Origin: Acidobacteriota bacterium
Lineage (GTDB): Bacteria; Acidobacteriota; Terriglobia; Bryobacterales; Bryobacteraceae
DNA: 64,000 nucleotides
Direction: 5' to 3'
NCBI GenBank assembly: GCA_018268715.1
Contig: JAFDVZ010000034.1
Span: 18,057-82,056, forward strand
The position numbers and the translations under genes were made by a program. Below the pieces are notes generated by a model. That model was not told the DNA's origin, did no database searches, and worked only from the letters and a program-made list of their open reading frames with translations. This document shows, one piece after another, positions 8,562 to 18,819 of this stretch. Each line of letters opens with the position of its first letter. Position 1 is the stretch's first letter.

Positions 8562-10049
8562 TCAGGCGAGGCCGCCCGCGGCGATCAGCGCGCTGACCCG
8601 TTCGATGTCGGCCGCCAGCGCCCGGTCGCCGGTCCACGGCGCCGACGCCTCGGCGATCCGCCCCCGGGCGGCCTCGATCGCCGGACTCGACCGCAACGGC
8701 TTCAGACAGTCGAGCGCCCGGGCGGCGGCCAGCGCCTCGATCGCCAGCACCGTGCGAGCGTTCCCGATCGCCTGCTGCAGCTTGAGCGCGCCCGTCATCC
8801 CCATGCTGACGAAGTCCTCCTTGTTGCCGCTGGTCGTGATGGAGCCGGGCGTGGCCGGCGTCGCCAGCACCCGATTCTCCGCCACCAGGGCGGAGGCGGT
8901 CACCTGCAGCATCATGAAGCCGGATTCAAGGCCCGCGTGATTGGCGAGAAACGGCGGCAGCCCCTCGTTGAGCGAAGGATTCACCAGGCGGTCGATGCGG
9001 CGTTCGGCGAAGCCGGCGAGCGCCGCCATGGCGATGGCCATATAGTCGAACTGCAGCGCGATCGGCTGCCCATGGAAGTTGCCGCCCGAGATAATCTCGT
9101 CGCCGAACACCAGCGGGTTGTCGGTCACCGAATTCAGCTCGATCTCGAACGTCCTCCGGGCCGCGGCCAGCGTGTCGCGGACCGCCCCGTGCACCTGCGG
9201 AGCGCACCGCAGCGTGTAGGCGTCCTGCACATGTCGGCAGGCGATGTGGCTCAACCGGATGTCGCTGCCTTCGAGCGTCCGCGCCAGCCGGGCCGCGCTC
9301 GCCATCTGCCCTGGATGCGGCCGCGCCGCGTGGATGCGCGGGTCGAACGCGCGAGGCGTGCCCTTCAGCCCGTCGATGGACATGGCGCAAATCAGGTCGG
9401 CCGCCTCGGCCAGCGTCTCGGCTTCGAGCAACGCCAGGCACCCGATCGCGAGCATCGCCTGCGTGCCGTTCACGAGCGAAATGCCCTCCTTGGCCTCGAG
9501 CGTGAGCGGCCCGACGCCCGCCCGACGCAAGGCCTCGGCGCCCGGCCCCCGTTCCCCCTGGAACTCGGCCTCGCCCTCGCCGATCAGCACCAGCGCCATA
9601 TGGGCCAGCGGAGCCAGGTCGCCGCTCGCCCCCGCGCTGCCCTTCGACGGCACACACGGCGTCACCCCGGCGTTCAGCAACTCGCACAACCGCTCGGCCA
9701 CAACCGGCCGGATGCCTGAACATCCAATGGCGAGAACGTTCGCCCGGATCAGCATCATCGCCCGAACCACGGACCGGTCGAGCAGCGGCCCCACGCCAAC
9801 GGCGTGCGACCGCACGATGTTACGCTGCAACTGCTCGAGCTCGCCCGGCGAGATACGAACATCGGCCAGCAGGCCGACCCCGGTATTGACGCCGTAGACC
9901 GCGTCGTCGCCCGCCGCCAACCGTTCGACGACGGCGCGCGACGCCCGCATCCGCCCGCGGGCCTGCTCCGCGATCTCGACGGCCTCGCCGCCCACCGCCA
10001 CCGCGTGGACCTGCTCGACCGAGAGCCGGTCCCCGGTTAATGTAACCAT
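8562..10049 (-). CDS. hutH: Histidine ammonia-lyase (aromatic amino-acid lyase family)
   Basis: Carries the MIO-forming motif GSAGASGDLAPLAHMAL, plus NTGVGLLA and YTLRCAPQVHG. The 496-aa length from the ATG at 10049 (MVTLTGDRLS..) fits HAL. The track ORF extends to 10520, but that extension is compositionally non-coding and overlaps the divergent gene. Confidence 0.9.
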   Translation of the reverse strand: MVTLTGDRLSVEQVHAVAVGGEAVEIAEQARGRMRASRAVVERLAAGDDAVYGVNTGVGLLADVRISPGELEQLQRNIVRSHAVGVGPLLDRSVVRAMMLIRANVLAIGCSGIRPVVAERLCELLNAGVTPCVPSKGSAGASGDLAPLAHMALVLIGEGEAEFQGERGPGAEALRRAGVGPLTLEAKEGISLVNGTQAMLAIGCLALLEAETLAEAADLICAMSIDGLKGTPRAFDPRIHAARPHPGQMASAARLARTLEGSDIRLSHIACRHVQDAYTLRCAPQVHGAVRDTLAAARRTFEIELNSVTDNPLVFGDEIISGGNFHGQPIALQFDYMAIAMAALAGFAERRIDRLVNPSLNEGLPPFLANHAGLESGFMMLQVTASALVAENRVLATPATPGSITTSGNKEDFVSMGMTGALKLQQAIGNARTVLAIEALAAARALDCLKPLRSSPAIEAARGRIAEASAPWTGDRALAADIERVSALIAAGGLA

Positions 10050-10067
10050 AGAGCCATCGTAGATCAC

Positions 10068-10610
10068 ATGGAACGCCTCCCCTATCTCGCCACCGCCGCG
10101 GCCGCGCCCTATGAGGCCATGGGCCGGCTGCCGGTGTGCGTCCTGCTCGACAACGTCCGCAGCCTCTACAACGTCGGGTCCTTCTTCCGCACCTGCGACG
10201 CGGCCGGAGTCGAGAAGCTCTACCTGTGCGGCATCACCGGCCACCCGCCCCACAAGTCCCTGAAGAAGACCGCCCTCGGCTCGGAGGAGCGCGTCCCCTG
10301 GGTGCACACCTGGCACGCCGCCGACTCGCTCCGCGTCCTGCACGACCGGGGCTTCGAGGTCGCCGCCATCGAAACCAGCGTCCATTCGGTCGACCTGTTC
10401 GACTGGCGCCCCCGCTTCCCCGTCTGCATCGCCTTCGGCCACGAAGTGGAGGGCCTTCAGCCGCACGTGCTCGAAGCCTGCGACACCCATGTCCGCATCC
10501 CCATGCTGGGCCTGAAGCACTCGCTGAACGTGGCCACGGCGGGCGGCGTCGTCATCTATGAACTGCTGCGCAAGTACCGCCGGCTGGTGGAGAATGGGAG
10601 CATCCTATGA
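10068..10610 (+). CDS. SpoU/TrmH-family RNA 2'-O-methyltransferase
   Basis: 180 aa. LLDNVRSLYNVGSFFRTCDAAGVEKLYLCG, FGHEVEGL and IPMLGLKHSLNVATAGGVVIYEL are the SpoU methylase motifs. Confidence 0.85.
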   Translation: MERLPYLATAAAAPYEAMGRLPVCVLLDNVRSLYNVGSFFRTCDAAGVEKLYLCGITGHPPHKSLKKTALGSEERVPWVHTWHAADSLRVLHDRGFEVAAIETSVHSVDLFDWRPRFPVCIAFGHEVEGLQPHVLEACDTHVRIPMLGLKHSLNVATAGGVVIYELLRKYRRLVENGSIL

Positions 10611-12367
10611 ACGCCTTCCGGTTGGTCTGCTTCGTCCTGTGTGTGGCCGCCTGGGCCGATCCTCCCACCATGTTCCCGCCCGTCCGCGGCACACACCACA
10701 TGGTGGGCGCGGCCAACAACCAGGAGGTGGAGGCCGGCTACCGCATCCTCGAAAAGGGCGGCAACGCGGTGGACGCGGGCGTCGCGTCGGTGCTCACCGC
10801 CGCCGTCACCGAGCAGTCGCGCTTTGGCCTCGGCGGCGAGATGCCCTTGCTCGTCAAGATGGCGGGGCAGCCCGTAATCGCCATCAGCGGCATCGGCGTC
10901 GCGCCCAAGAAGGCCACCGTCGACTTCTACAACTCGCGGAAGCCCGACCCCTGGGAGGACCCTAACCGCATGCCGCCGATCCCGGCCCAGGGTATCCTCG
11001 CGGCCATCACGCCGGGCGTGCTCGACGGTCTCGTGCTCGCGCTACAGCAGTACGGCACGATGTCGTTCGCGCAGGTTGCCCAGCCCGCCATCGAATACGC
11101 CGAAGGCTTCCCCATCGCCGAGGAGTTCGCCTCGTTCCTGGCCGGCTACAAGCGCATCATGGACATCTGGCCGACGTCCCGCGACTTCTTCTATCCGAAG
11201 GGCGAAGCGCCGGCCCGGGGCGATCTGGTGCGCATGCCCGCGCTCGCCAAAACCCTGCGCGAACTGGTCGCCGCCGAGAAGAAAGCCCGCGGCAACCGCG
11301 TCCGCAAGCTCCAGGCCGTGCGCGACGCCTTCTACCGCGGCTCCATCGCCAAGCGCATCGCGGCCTTTTCGGAGGCCAACGGCGGCCTCATCGCCTATGA
11401 GGACCTGGCGTCCTTCAAGGCCGAAACCGACCAGCCGCGCACCGGGACCTACCGCGGCTACGAGATCAACAAGCCCGGCTTCTGGACCCAGGGCCCGGTG
11501 ATGATCGAGACACTGAACATCCTCGAAGGCTTCGACCTGAAGGCGATGGGCCACAACAGCCCCCGCTACCTGCACACCGTGATCGAAGCGGTGAAACTGG
11601 CCTTCGCCGACCGGGACCGCTACTACGGCGATCCCAAGTTCTCCAAGATCCCCGAAGAGATCCTGCTCTCTAAGGCCTACGCCGCCGAGCGCCGCAAGCT
11701 GATCGATCCCGCCCGGGCGTCGCTCGAAAGCCGTCCCGGCGATCTGAACGCCTCGGCGCCCATCGAGGCCCGCGCCGGCGTTTCCGATGCGCGCGACACC
11801 ACCTGCGTGAACGTGGTCGACAGCAAGGGCAACGCCTTCAACGCCACTCCCAGCGGCGCCTGGCTGCCCTCGGTGATCGCGGGCGATACCGGCGTCCCGC
11901 TCAGCACCCGCCTACAGTCATTCGTCATGACTCCCGGCCACGCTAACCAACTCGCTCCCGGCAAGCGTCCCCGCGTCACTCTGAGCCCGACGCTCGTCAC
12001 CCGCAACGGCGACTTCTTCCTCGAAATGTCGACGCCCGGCGGCGACAATCAGGACCAGGCCCTGCTGCAGGTGCTGCTGAACATCATCGACTTCGGCATG
12101 GCCCCCCAGGAAGCCGCCGAAGCCCCGCGCTTCCAGACCGAGCACTTCTACAGCTCCTTCGCCTTCCACGAGTTTGTGCCCGGCCAGGTGAACCTCGAAG
12201 GCCGCATGGGCAAACCGACCGCGGAGGCGCTCACCGCGCTTGGGCACAAGATCCGCCTCGCCACGGACTGGAGCAACGGCTCCGCGCCCACCATCATCAT
12301 GAAGAAGGACGGAGTGCTCCACGGCGCGGCCGATCCACGGCGCGCCCGCTTCATTTTTGGCCGTTAG
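10607..12367 (+). CDS. ggt: Gamma-glutamyltransferase family protein (secreted)
   Basis: 586 aa with a signal peptide. Nucleophile region DTTCVNVVDSKGNAF, plus MSTPGGDNQDQALLQVLLN. Start overlaps the upstream stop by 4 nt. Confidence 0.85.
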   Translation: MNAFRLVCFVLCVAAWADPPTMFPPVRGTHHMVGAANNQEVEAGYRILEKGGNAVDAGVASVLTAAVTEQSRFGLGGEMPLLVKMAGQPVIAISGIGVAPKKATVDFYNSRKPDPWEDPNRMPPIPAQGILAAITPGVLDGLVLALQQYGTMSFAQVAQPAIEYAEGFPIAEEFASFLAGYKRIMDIWPTSRDFFYPKGEAPARGDLVRMPALAKTLRELVAAEKKARGNRVRKLQAVRDAFYRGSIAKRIAAFSEANGGLIAYEDLASFKAETDQPRTGTYRGYEINKPGFWTQGPVMIETLNILEGFDLKAMGHNSPRYLHTVIEAVKLAFADRDRYYGDPKFSKIPEEILLSKAYAAERRKLIDPARASLESRPGDLNASAPIEARAGVSDARDTTCVNVVDSKGNAFNATPSGAWLPSVIAGDTGVPLSTRLQSFVMTPGHANQLAPGKRPRVTLSPTLVTRNGDFFLEMSTPGGDNQDQALLQVLLNIIDFGMAPQEAAEAPRFQTEHFYSSFAFHEFVPGQVNLEGRMGKPTAEALTALGHKIRLATDWSNGSAPTIIMKKDGVLHGAADPRRARFIFGR

Positions 12368-12635
12368 GAGAAGTTCAGCGGCTGGTGGAGCGCCACCCGA
12401 ACAGGCTCAGTCGAGTCGGCTCGTTGGGCTCCTCCACCGCGGTCGCGGCGCCGCGCGAAGACGGTGGACGGCGGACCGGTTGACGTACGGACGCGTACGG
12501 GTCGCCGGGCGGATCCTGAGCGCGTCCGGTTAACCAGCGGAGCGCGCGCTTGGCAAGCTGGATCATTGGCCGATTATCGCACGCCGCCGGCCCGCGCCCG
12601 AACGTGCCCGCACAGCCCGGTATACTGGTTCCTCT

Positions 12636-13871
12636 ATGCGGAATACCCGGCTACTGGTCAGCGTCTTCACCGCCCTGGCGATCGCCGCCTCGGCCGATCC
12701 GATCCCGCTCGGCGAATACCACCAGCGCCGCGCGGAACTGCGCACCAAGCTGGAGGGCACGCTCGTCCTGTTCGGCTTCGTGGAAGGCCCGGACGAGGTG
12801 TACCATCATCCGCAGAACTCCGACTTCTACTACCTCACCGGGTGGACCCAGCCCGCCGCTATCGCGCTGCTGACGCCGGCGTCGGAAACGCTGTTCCTGC
12901 CGCACCGGATCCCGCGCCTGGAAACCTACATGGGCAAACGGATCGCTCCGGAGGACTCCGACGCGCCCGCCTCCACCGGCTTTGACGCTGTCCAGCCGCC
13001 CGAGAAGTTCGAGGCGGCGCTCGCCCGCGCCCTGGATTCGACAGGTCCCGTCTACGTCATCGGCGACGCGGCCGCCATCGCCAAGATCAAGGCGCTCGCG
13101 CCCTTCCGAGAGGTCTCCGACGGCTCCCGCCTGCTCGCCCGGCAGCGCATGAAGAAGTCGGAGGCGGAGATCGCCGCCATCCAGCGCGCCACCGACGTCT
13201 CCATGGACGCCCACCGCGCCGCCTGGAAACGCCTGACGCCGGGAGTTCACGAATACCAGGCCGCCGCCACTTTCACGGCCACCCTGCTCGAAGCCGGCTG
13301 CGACGGCCACGCCTATGAACCGATCTTCGGATCCGGTCCGAACTCCACCGTGCTCCACTACAGCGCCAACTCCCGGCGCATGGATGCGGGCGAGGTGATC
13401 GTCATCGACGCGGCCGCCCGCTGCGGCAACTACACGAGCGACATCACCCGCACGCTCCCCATCGGCGGCAAGTTCACCAAGCGACAGCGCGAGGTGTACG
13501 ACATCGTCCTGGGCGCCCAGCAGGCCGTCATCGACGCCATCAAGCCCGGCGTCGAACTGCGCGACCTGACGCGCATCGCCCGCGAGTACATCGACAAACA
13601 GGGTAAGGACAAGGACGGCAAGCCGCTGTCGAAGTACCTGCCGCACGGCGTCAGCCATCCGGTCGGCATCGACGTCCACGACCCTGCCAGCATGAACGCC
13701 AAGCTCGAAGCGGGCATGCTGGTCACCGTCGAACCCGGGCTGTACTTCCCCGAGGAGAACCTGGGAGTACGCATCGAAGATCTCGTTCTCGTCACCGAGA
13801 AGGGCGCTACGCTTATGAGTGGGGCGCTGCCGCGACGTGCCGACGAAGTTGAGAAAGCCATGGCCCACTAA
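12636..13871 (+). CDS. Xaa-Pro aminopeptidase (M24B family) with signal peptide
   Basis: 411 aa. Creatinase/AMP_N-like N-terminal half and a pita-bread C-terminal half carrying the metal ligands (VIVIDAAARCGNYTSDITRT, HGVSHPVGIDVHD, VTVEPGLY, GVRIEDLV). Confidence 0.85.
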   Translation: MRNTRLLVSVFTALAIAASADPIPLGEYHQRRAELRTKLEGTLVLFGFVEGPDEVYHHPQNSDFYYLTGWTQPAAIALLTPASETLFLPHRIPRLETYMGKRIAPEDSDAPASTGFDAVQPPEKFEAALARALDSTGPVYVIGDAAAIAKIKALAPFREVSDGSRLLARQRMKKSEAEIAAIQRATDVSMDAHRAAWKRLTPGVHEYQAAATFTATLLEAGCDGHAYEPIFGSGPNSTVLHYSANSRRMDAGEVIVIDAAARCGNYTSDITRTLPIGGKFTKRQREVYDIVLGAQQAVIDAIKPGVELRDLTRIAREYIDKQGKDKDGKPLSKYLPHGVSHPVGIDVHDPASMNAKLEAGMLVTVEPGLYFPEENLGVRIEDLVLVTEKGATLMSGALPRRADEVEKAMAH

Positions 13872-15723
13872 GGACTTCCTGGCGAAGTTCCGCCGCTCCA
13901 CGCCCTGGCCGCTGGGCGGCTACCTGGCCGTGGTTTCCATCTCCGCGCTGGTGGGCGTCACGGCTGGATGGACCGCCTTCGCCGCGCGCATCGATAACTA
14001 CGCCTACGACTTCTTCTCATCGCCCGCGCAGCCGACGAGCCAATCCGCCGTGCTCGCCATCGACGAGGAGACGCTGAAGCGCTTCGGCGGAATGCGTTAC
14101 ATCCGCACCATCCTGGCCCGCGCGCTGGACCTGCTGGCCCCCGTCGAACCCCGCGCGGTGGCGGTCGACGTCATCCTGGCCGACGAGGGCGACACGATCG
14201 AGAACGCGCGCCTCGAAGAGGCCATGTCGCGGACCCGCGGCCTGGTGCTGCCCTGCGACACCGTGCGCGCCGGCTGGGAGGATCCCCTGCCCCGGTTCCG
14301 CCGCTACGCCTCCGCCTTCGGCCACATCCACGCCGACGAGGACTCCAGCGACGGCGTCATCCGCAAGATCCAGCTGGAGATGGTGGCCCACGACGACCGC
14401 CGCTGGGCGCTTGGCCTGGTGGCCTACCAGTGCTTCCGGGGCCGTCCGCCCATCCTCGAATCGCCCGACGACATCGAAGTGGCCGGCCGGCGCATCCCCG
14501 CCGCCCGCGCGGGCGACAACCGCCCCATGCGGATCCGCTTCCCCGGCCCCGAGAACTCGCTGACGGTGGCCGATCTCGACCGCGACCCGGCCAAGGCCGT
14601 CGTCTTCCGCGACAAGGCCGTCTTCCTGGGCATCACCGCGCTCACCGCCGCCCGCGACCGTTGGACCACGCCGCTGAAACTCTCCATTCCCGGCGTCGAA
14701 GTCCACCGCAACGTCTTCGACACCATCGCCCGGGGCGAATTCCTCACACCCGTGCCGGATCTGACCGTGCTCTGCGCCTGCCTGGCCATCGCCATCGCCG
14801 CCGCGGCGATTTTCTGGTTCCGCGGCGACTGGATCGCCTATTTTCTTGGCGGACTTCTGTTGGTGGCGTCGCATTCTATACCGGCGATGCTATTTCGGAA
14901 CGGAATTGTTTTTCCCTATTTCGCCAGCGTCTCGGCGGCGTGGCTGCCGGTGGTCAGCGCGGCCACCTACCGGTACTTCGTCGTCCGCAAGGCGCTGGGA
15001 AAGTCGGAATCCGACCGGGCCCGCTATCGCCAGGCCATCCACTTCGTCACACATGAGATGAAGACGCCGCTCACCGCCATCCAGGGGTCGAGCGAACTGA
15101 TGGGCCGCTATGCGTTGAGCGAGGACAAGCGGAAGCAGATGGCCCAGATGATCAACTCCGAATCCAAGCGGCTGGCGCGCATGATTCAGACGTTCCTCGA
15201 CGTCGAGCGCCTGTCGGCCGGACAGATGGAGTTGAAACAGGAGCATTTCGCGGTCCGCGAGGTCGTGACGTCGTGTGTCGATCGGGCTCGGATCATCGCC
15301 GAGCGTAAGCAGATCGTCATACACGAGGGCGCCCTGGACGCCGACGTCCTGACCGGCGACCGCGAGCTGATGGAATATGCGGTATATAACTTGCTGACGA
15401 ATGCCGTGAAGTATTCCCCCGCAGAGACCGAAGTGTGGGTTGCCGCCGAGCATTCGGCGGGTCAGGTGCGGATCTCCGTGCGGGACCAGGGCATTGGCCT
15501 GGACGAGAAAGAGATACGTAACGTTTTCAAGAAGTTCTACCGCACGAAGAAGGCGGAGGCTTCCGGCGAGGCGGGAACCGGAATCGGGCTCTCCATCGTC
15601 GAACAGATTGTGACGGAGCATGGCGGCCGAATGGAAGTAACCAGCCAACCCGGCCGCGGGTCGACATTTACAATGATTCTGCCGGTCAGCGCGGACGCCG
15701 CCGTGGATGCGGTTCCCGCGTAG
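13819..15723 (+). CDS. CHASE2-domain sensor histidine kinase
   Basis: 634 aa: one N-terminal TM, a CHASE2-like periplasmic region (AVLAIDEETLKRFGG..VAVDVILAD) and three TMs. H-box HFVTHEMKTPLTAIQGSSE, with N/G boxes NLLTNAVKYS and GTGIGLSIV. Start is uncertain (ATG 13819, GTG 13837 or TTG 13849), and every option overlaps the upstream gene. Confidence 0.8.
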   Translation: MGRCRDVPTKLRKPWPTKDFLAKFRRSTPWPLGGYLAVVSISALVGVTAGWTAFAARIDNYAYDFFSSPAQPTSQSAVLAIDEETLKRFGGMRYIRTILARALDLLAPVEPRAVAVDVILADEGDTIENARLEEAMSRTRGLVLPCDTVRAGWEDPLPRFRRYASAFGHIHADEDSSDGVIRKIQLEMVAHDDRRWALGLVAYQCFRGRPPILESPDDIEVAGRRIPAARAGDNRPMRIRFPGPENSLTVADLDRDPAKAVVFRDKAVFLGITALTAARDRWTTPLKLSIPGVEVHRNVFDTIARGEFLTPVPDLTVLCACLAIAIAAAAIFWFRGDWIAYFLGGLLLVASHSIPAMLFRNGIVFPYFASVSAAWLPVVSAATYRYFVVRKALGKSESDRARYRQAIHFVTHEMKTPLTAIQGSSELMGRYALSEDKRKQMAQMINSESKRLARMIQTFLDVERLSAGQMELKQEHFAVREVVTSCVDRARIIAERKQIVIHEGALDADVLTGDRELMEYAVYNLLTNAVKYSPAETEVWVAAEHSAGQVRISVRDQGIGLDEKEIRNVFKKFYRTKKAEASGEAGTGIGLSIVEQIVTEHGGRMEVTSQPGRGSTFTMILPVSADAAVDAVPA

Positions 15724-15763
15724 AGGCCGGCCTAAGGCGCGCCATTCGAGAGTGAGGAGCGAA

Positions 15764-17080
15764 TTGCAGAGACTGTTGGTAGTTGAAGACGACGCCTCGG
15801 TGCGGACGACGATCACCACCTTCCTGGAACTGGAAGGCTACAACGTGGAGGCCGTGTCCTCCACCCGGGAGGCGATCGCGCGATTGAATCGCGATCAGTA
15901 CCCGATCGTCATCTCGGATATCTATCTGGACGAGCGCACCGGCATCGACGTACTGCGCACCGCGCGGGAGCAGAATCCGGGCTGCGTGGTGATCCTCATG
16001 ACCGCCCGGGGCAGCATGGAAACGGTGATGTCCGCCACACAGCATGGGGCATTTGACTACATCGCCAAGCCCTTTGAGCTGGACGCGATGCTCGCCACCA
16101 TCCGCCGCGCCGAGGCGACGCTGAACGGCGCCGAGGAGCACGTTGAGGACATCGACGACCTGCCCGAGACCGAGATGATCGGCAGCTCGCCGAAGATGAT
16201 CGACATCTATAAGATCGTCTCCAAGGTGGCCCCCACCGACGCCACCGTGCTGATTGAAGGCGAGACCGGAACCGGCAAGGAACTGATCGCGCGGATGATC
16301 CACCGCAACAGCCAGCGTTCGCGCGAGGCCTTTGTGCCGGTGGATTGCGGCTCCATCGCGCCGTCGCTGCTCGAAAGCGAACTGTTCGGCGCGATGAAAG
16401 GCGCCTACACTGGCTCGGACCGCGACCGCGTCGGCCTGTTTGAAGCGGCCCACCGCGGCACCGTGTTTCTGGACGAAATCGGCGACATCGACCTGGGCTT
16501 CCAGTTGAAGCTGCTGCGCTTCCTGCAGGAGCGGGAGATCCGACCGGTGGGCGCCTCTCGCCCGAAGCCGATCGACGTGCGCATCGTCGCCGCCACCAAC
16601 CGCGACATGCAGAAGATGGTGGACGAGGGCAAGTTCCGCGAGGATCTGTGGTTTCGCCTGAATGTGGTGCCGGTGCACGTGCCGCCGTTGTGCGAGCGTC
16701 GCGGCGACATCCCGCTGCTCGCCCACTACTTCCTGAAGAAGTACAACGGGCGGTATCACCAGACGACGCGCATGACGGAGTCCGGCCTGAAGACCATGGA
16801 AATCTACAGCTGGCCCGGCAACGTGCGCCAGTTGCAGCACATGATGGAGCGCCTGTCGATTCTCGCCCCCATGGGCCGCATCGACGAATCCGCCGTGCGC
16901 GAGGCCATCGAGCAGATGGAGCCGCGCGAAACTTCGAGCGAGACGCTGGCCGACACCGAAGCGGAGCAGATCCGCCGCGTGCTGGCCGCCACGGGCGGCA
17001 ACAAGAGCCGCGCCTCGAAGATCCTCGGCATCGAACGCAAGACGCTGTACCGGAAGCTCGAGCGGATGGGCCTCGCCTAG
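15764..17080 (+). CDS. Sigma-54-dependent response regulator (NtrC/Fis family)
   Basis: REC domain ([15 protein letters not shown]), AAA+ sigma54-interaction domain ([37 protein letters not shown]) and a C-terminal Fis HTH ([20 protein letters not shown]). I prefer TTG 15764, which is preceded by GAGGAG. The track start ATG 15707 overlaps the kinase stop. Confidence 0.88.
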   Translation: MQRLLVVEDDASVRTTITTFLELEGYNVEAVSSTREAIARLNRDQYPIVISDIYLDERTGIDVLRTAREQNPGCVVILMTARGSMETVMSATQHGAFDYIAKPFELDAMLATIRRAEATLNGAEEHVEDIDDLPETEMIGSSPKMIDIYKIVSKVAPTDATVLIEGETGTGKELIARMIHRNSQRSREAFVPVDCGSIAPSLLESELFGAMKGAYTGSDRDRVGLFEAAHRGTVFLDEIGDIDLGFQLKLLRFLQEREIRPVGASRPKPIDVRIVAATNRDMQKMVDEGKFREDLWFRLNVVPVHVPPLCERRGDIPLLAHYFLKKYNGRYHQTTRMTESGLKTMEIYSWPGNVRQLQHMMERLSILAPMGRIDESAVREAIEQMEPRETSSETLADTEAEQIRRVLAATGGNKSRASKILGIERKTLYRKLERMGLA

Positions 17081-17188
17081 CCACCCAACCCAGCGACCGA
17101 TAAACGCCGCTAACGTTCCGCCGAATCCCCGCCGATAATTCCCCCGTGGGGCTCCTTCACGGAGCCCGCACTGGGAAGAACAACGCTC

Positions 17189-18790
17189 GTGCACACGATC
17201 CGGACCAAGACCGCTGTCTGTTTCTCTCTGCTCGCCCTGCTGAACGTGGGGGCCGCGCTGATTCTGCTGCATTCGGTGGCGACGCAGGACGCCGATTCCG
17301 TCGTCATCAACCTTGCCGGCGCGCAACGAATGCTCTCGCAGCGGATGACCAAGGAGGCGCTTATGCTCGGCGCGGGCGGCGACGCCGCGCCGCTCAAGGC
17401 CTCGCTCGACCAGTTTGACCGGGTCCTGCGCGGGCTGTCCGCCGGCGATGAGGGACTGGGACTCCCGGGAACAACCGATCCGGAACTGGTGGCCAAACTC
17501 CGCGCGGTGAACGAGACCTGGCGGACCTTTCGCGCCGATGTGGAGGCCGTGATCGCCAATCCCGGCGATCGCGAGCGGCTGAAACCGGTGCTCGCCAACA
17601 ATGTAACGTTGCTCAAGCAATCCGACGCGGTGGTGAAGGCGTTTGAGCGTAACGCCCGCGCCAAGGTGTCGGCCACCAGCCACACGCAGGTCATCATCAC
17701 GGGCGTGTTGTTGGCGATGATGATCGCCGCCTGGTTTGGCGTGCAACGCGGCCTGTTGGCGCCCCTGGCGATGGCCGTGCAGCATCTGGAAACCGCCGCG
17801 GCCGGCGACCTCGCGCATGAACTGCCGGAGCGCTACCGCCAGCGCCGCGACGAGATCGGGCAGTTCGCTCGCGCCCTGCACGAGATGTCCACGCGCGTTC
17901 GCGAGGTGCTGCGGCGCATCACCGAGAGCGTCGGCGCGCTGGCGACGTCGTCGGCGGAACTGCACGATGTTTCGTCAACGGTCTCGGTGGGCAGCGAACA
18001 GGTGTGTTCGAAGGCCAGCAGCGTCGCTTCGGCGGCCGAGGAGTTGAACGCCAACTTCGCCTGCGTTTCGTCCGGCGTCGAGCAATCGTCCCAGAGCCTG
18101 AAAAGCGTCGTGTTTTCCACCGAACAGATGACCGCCACCATCGGCGAGATCGCCCGTTCGAGCGAGCGCGCCCGCGTGGTGACGGAGGCGGCCAATCGGC
18201 AGACCTCGGACATCAAGACGCGGATGGACGCGCTCGGCGCATCCACCGAGCAGATTGGCCAGATCACTGAGACCATCGCCCACATTTCGGCCCAGACGCA
18301 GTTACTCGCCCTGAACGCGGCCATCGAGGCGGCGCGCGCGGGGGCGGGCGGCAGGGGTTTCGCCGTGGTGGCCAATGAGATCAAGGACCTGGCGCAGAAA
18401 TCGGCGGCCGCCACCGTGGACATCCGCCAGATGATCGAGGGCGTCCAGACGTCGATGGGCAGCGGCGTCGCGGGCGTTGAGAAGGTGGCGGGCGTGGTGG
18501 CGGAGGTGCGCGAACTGGTGGCCTCCATCGCCGCCGCCATCGAAGAGCAGTTGACGGTCACCGGCGGTATCGGATCGAGCATCGGCGAAGCGGCCAACGG
18601 AATGAACGATGCGTCCGCCCGCGTCGTCGAATCCACGCTGGCGTCCTCGGCCATCGCGGACGACATCGCGCAGGTGGACTCCGCCATGCGGCATGTCGCG
18701 GAAAGCAGCGCCCAGGCGCTCGCCAACGCCGCCGCGCTGAAGGACATCGCGAGCGTGTTGCGGGCCTCGGTCGCCCAGTTCCAGGTTTGA
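17189..18790 (+). CDS. Methyl-accepting chemotaxis protein with PilJ/NarX-type N-terminal sensor
   Basis: 533 aa. [16 protein letters not shown] (PilJ-type N-terminal motif), a second TM, HAMP, and the MCP signalling hairpin [31 protein letters not shown]. Confidence 0.9.
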   Translation: MHTIRTKTAVCFSLLALLNVGAALILLHSVATQDADSVVINLAGAQRMLSQRMTKEALMLGAGGDAAPLKASLDQFDRVLRGLSAGDEGLGLPGTTDPELVAKLRAVNETWRTFRADVEAVIANPGDRERLKPVLANNVTLLKQSDAVVKAFERNARAKVSATSHTQVIITGVLLAMMIAAWFGVQRGLLAPLAMAVQHLETAAAGDLAHELPERYRQRRDEIGQFARALHEMSTRVREVLRRITESVGALATSSAELHDVSSTVSVGSEQVCSKASSVASAAEELNANFACVSSGVEQSSQSLKSVVFSTEQMTATIGEIARSSERARVVTEAANRQTSDIKTRMDALGASTEQIGQITETIAHISAQTQLLALNAAIEAARAGAGGRGFAVVANEIKDLAQKSAAATVDIRQMIEGVQTSMGSGVAGVEKVAGVVAEVRELVASIAAAIEEQLTVTGGIGSSIGEAANGMNDASARVVESTLASSAIADDIAQVDSAMRHVAESSAQALANAAALKDIASVLRASVAQFQV

Positions 18791-18819
18791 CATGCGCCCT
18801 CCGTCCTACAATTGACGGT

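Noticed and set aside
8372-8596. Small ORFs over the dispersed repeat (8372-8596 + and 30619-30921 -) as a conserved small-protein family
   Set aside because: The shared peptide blocks are encoded by identical nucleotides with no synonymous drift, while the rest is unrelated. The 8372 ORF runs into the hutH 3' end. A DNA/RNA-level element is more parsimonious, though with only two copies the small-protein reading cannot be fully excluded.
10050-10520. 157-codon N-terminal extension of the hutH ORF on the track
   Set aside because: The extension is antisense to the SpoU methylase gene and has no HAL homology. The ATG at 10049 gives a canonical 496-aa HAL beginning MVTLTG.
12375-12566. 63-aa minus ORF in the ggt-aminopeptidase spacer
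   Set aside because: No SD or motif, Arg/Pro-rich composition, and it overlaps other equally long frames. There is insufficient evidence for a gene.
15686-17965. 759-aa minus-strand ORF spanning the NtrC-type regulator and the start of the MCP
   Set aside because: It is antisense to two genes with unmistakable motifs. Its translation is Arg/Gly/His/Ala-rich with no motif. It is a typical stop-codon-poor shadow frame in high-GC DNA.
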